Assembly (NCBI GenBank): GCA_030390025.1
Contig: CM059432.1
Location: 70,124,001-70,188,000, forward strand
DNA from: Squalus acanthias
Taxonomy: Eukaryota
Length of the DNA stretch: 64,000 bases
Reading direction: 5' to 3'
Made by a program: the position numbers and the translations under genes. This document shows, piece by piece, positions 63,193 through 64,000 of this stretch (position 1 is the stretch's first letter; the number at the start of each line of letters is the position of its first letter). The notes beneath the pieces are model-generated. The model saw only the letters and a program-made list of their open reading frames with translations, did not search any database and was not told the DNA's origin.

Positions 63193-63600
63193 AGATAGGA
63201 AGGGGTGAGGCCATGGAGGGATTTCAACATGAGGATGAGAATTTTAAAATCAAGGTGTTGGTGGACGATGAACCAATGTAGGTCAACGAGCACAGGGGTG
63301 ATGGGTGACTGGGACATGCTGCCAATGTTTGCTCTCAATTTTTTGGGGACCGCACGGCCCCTTTAACAGACTGCGTGGCCCATTCAAAATTCCACGCATG
63401 AGCGGTTTTTCCCTTTAAAAGCCGGTGGAGCCGGCTGCGTGGAAACGCCAGAGCGCTGCGCGGCCGTGTGGTCGCACAGCTTAAAGGGAACATTGCTTGC
63501 TGTGTGCTAGGATGTGTGCAGCAGAGTTTTAGATGAGCTCAAGTTCATTGAGGGTGAGAGATGGGAGGCTGGCCAGGAGAACATTGGAATAGTTGAGTCC
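63193..63600 (-). mobile_element. L2 fragment interrupted by a hAT-like MITE
   Basis: SPITPVLVDLHW..LDFKILIL..KSLHGLTPSYL matches the L2 at 33620-33745. Confidence 0.85.
63323..63495. mobile_element. hAT-like MITE
   Basis: TIR CAATGTT / AACATTG; 8-bp flanks CATGCTGC / CTTGCTGT (6 of 8 match). Confidence 0.7.
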
Positions 63601-63679
63601 GGCAAATAACACATAAATGTAATGTCATGCGTGTTGGTAGGACCACCACAGAATGCGCTCTAATTTTTTTAAATTAATT

Positions 63680-63770
63680 TATTTATTGCCCATCCCTATT
63701 TGAAAGGCTTGCATTTATAGTGCCCTTGAGAGGGTGGTAGTGAGCTGCCTTCTTGAACCACTGTGGTCTA
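63680..63770 (-). mobile_element. LINE family B 3' tail fragment
   Basis: FKKAAHYHPLKG and TTTATTGCCCATCCCTA. Confidence 0.8.
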
Positions 63771-64000
63771 GGGGTGCGGGGAAAGGAGAGAGAACGTGGT
63801 GTAGGTGTAAAGGGGGTGGGGGTGGAAGAATGTGATTCAGGCCTAACAGAGGGCGGGAGAACGTGATCCATCTTCCCATTTGGATCAGGTTCTTGCTCTT
63901 ATTCCCCCTCTCCTTTAGGCCTGGGCCATGTTCTTCCCCCCCTCCCCACAGTCACACTGTGCTCCCCCTCCCCCCGTGAGTTCTTGACCTCCCCCAAGTT

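Overview
Eukaryotic, repeat-dense DNA with no confidently identifiable host gene. It is very probably a cartilaginous fish, inferred from HE1-like V-SINE and SacSINE1-like DeuSINE copies (recognised from memory) plus abundant CR1. Contents: (1) many CR1 LINEs, one nearly full length with a zinc-finger/SGNH-esterase ORF1 and an 87-bp tandem array at its 5' end; (2) a second APE-RT LINE family ('family B') whose two longest copies carry a tRNA-like Pol III head and no visible ORF1; (3) L2 LINEs; (4) a complete Tigger/pogo transposon disabled by one 2-bp insertion, plus its MITE; (5) up to five PIF/Harbinger two-gene elements, one near-intact at 53748-57839 with a TAA TSD, and several MITEs; (6) a hAT-like MITE, SINEs and Penelope-like palindromes. 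The most unusual signal is a ~750-bp non-coding TIR element present twice (6493-7251, 59688-60430). Its hairpins sit at the same positions in both copies although the stem sequences have changed. All family names come from motif recognition, not database searches.
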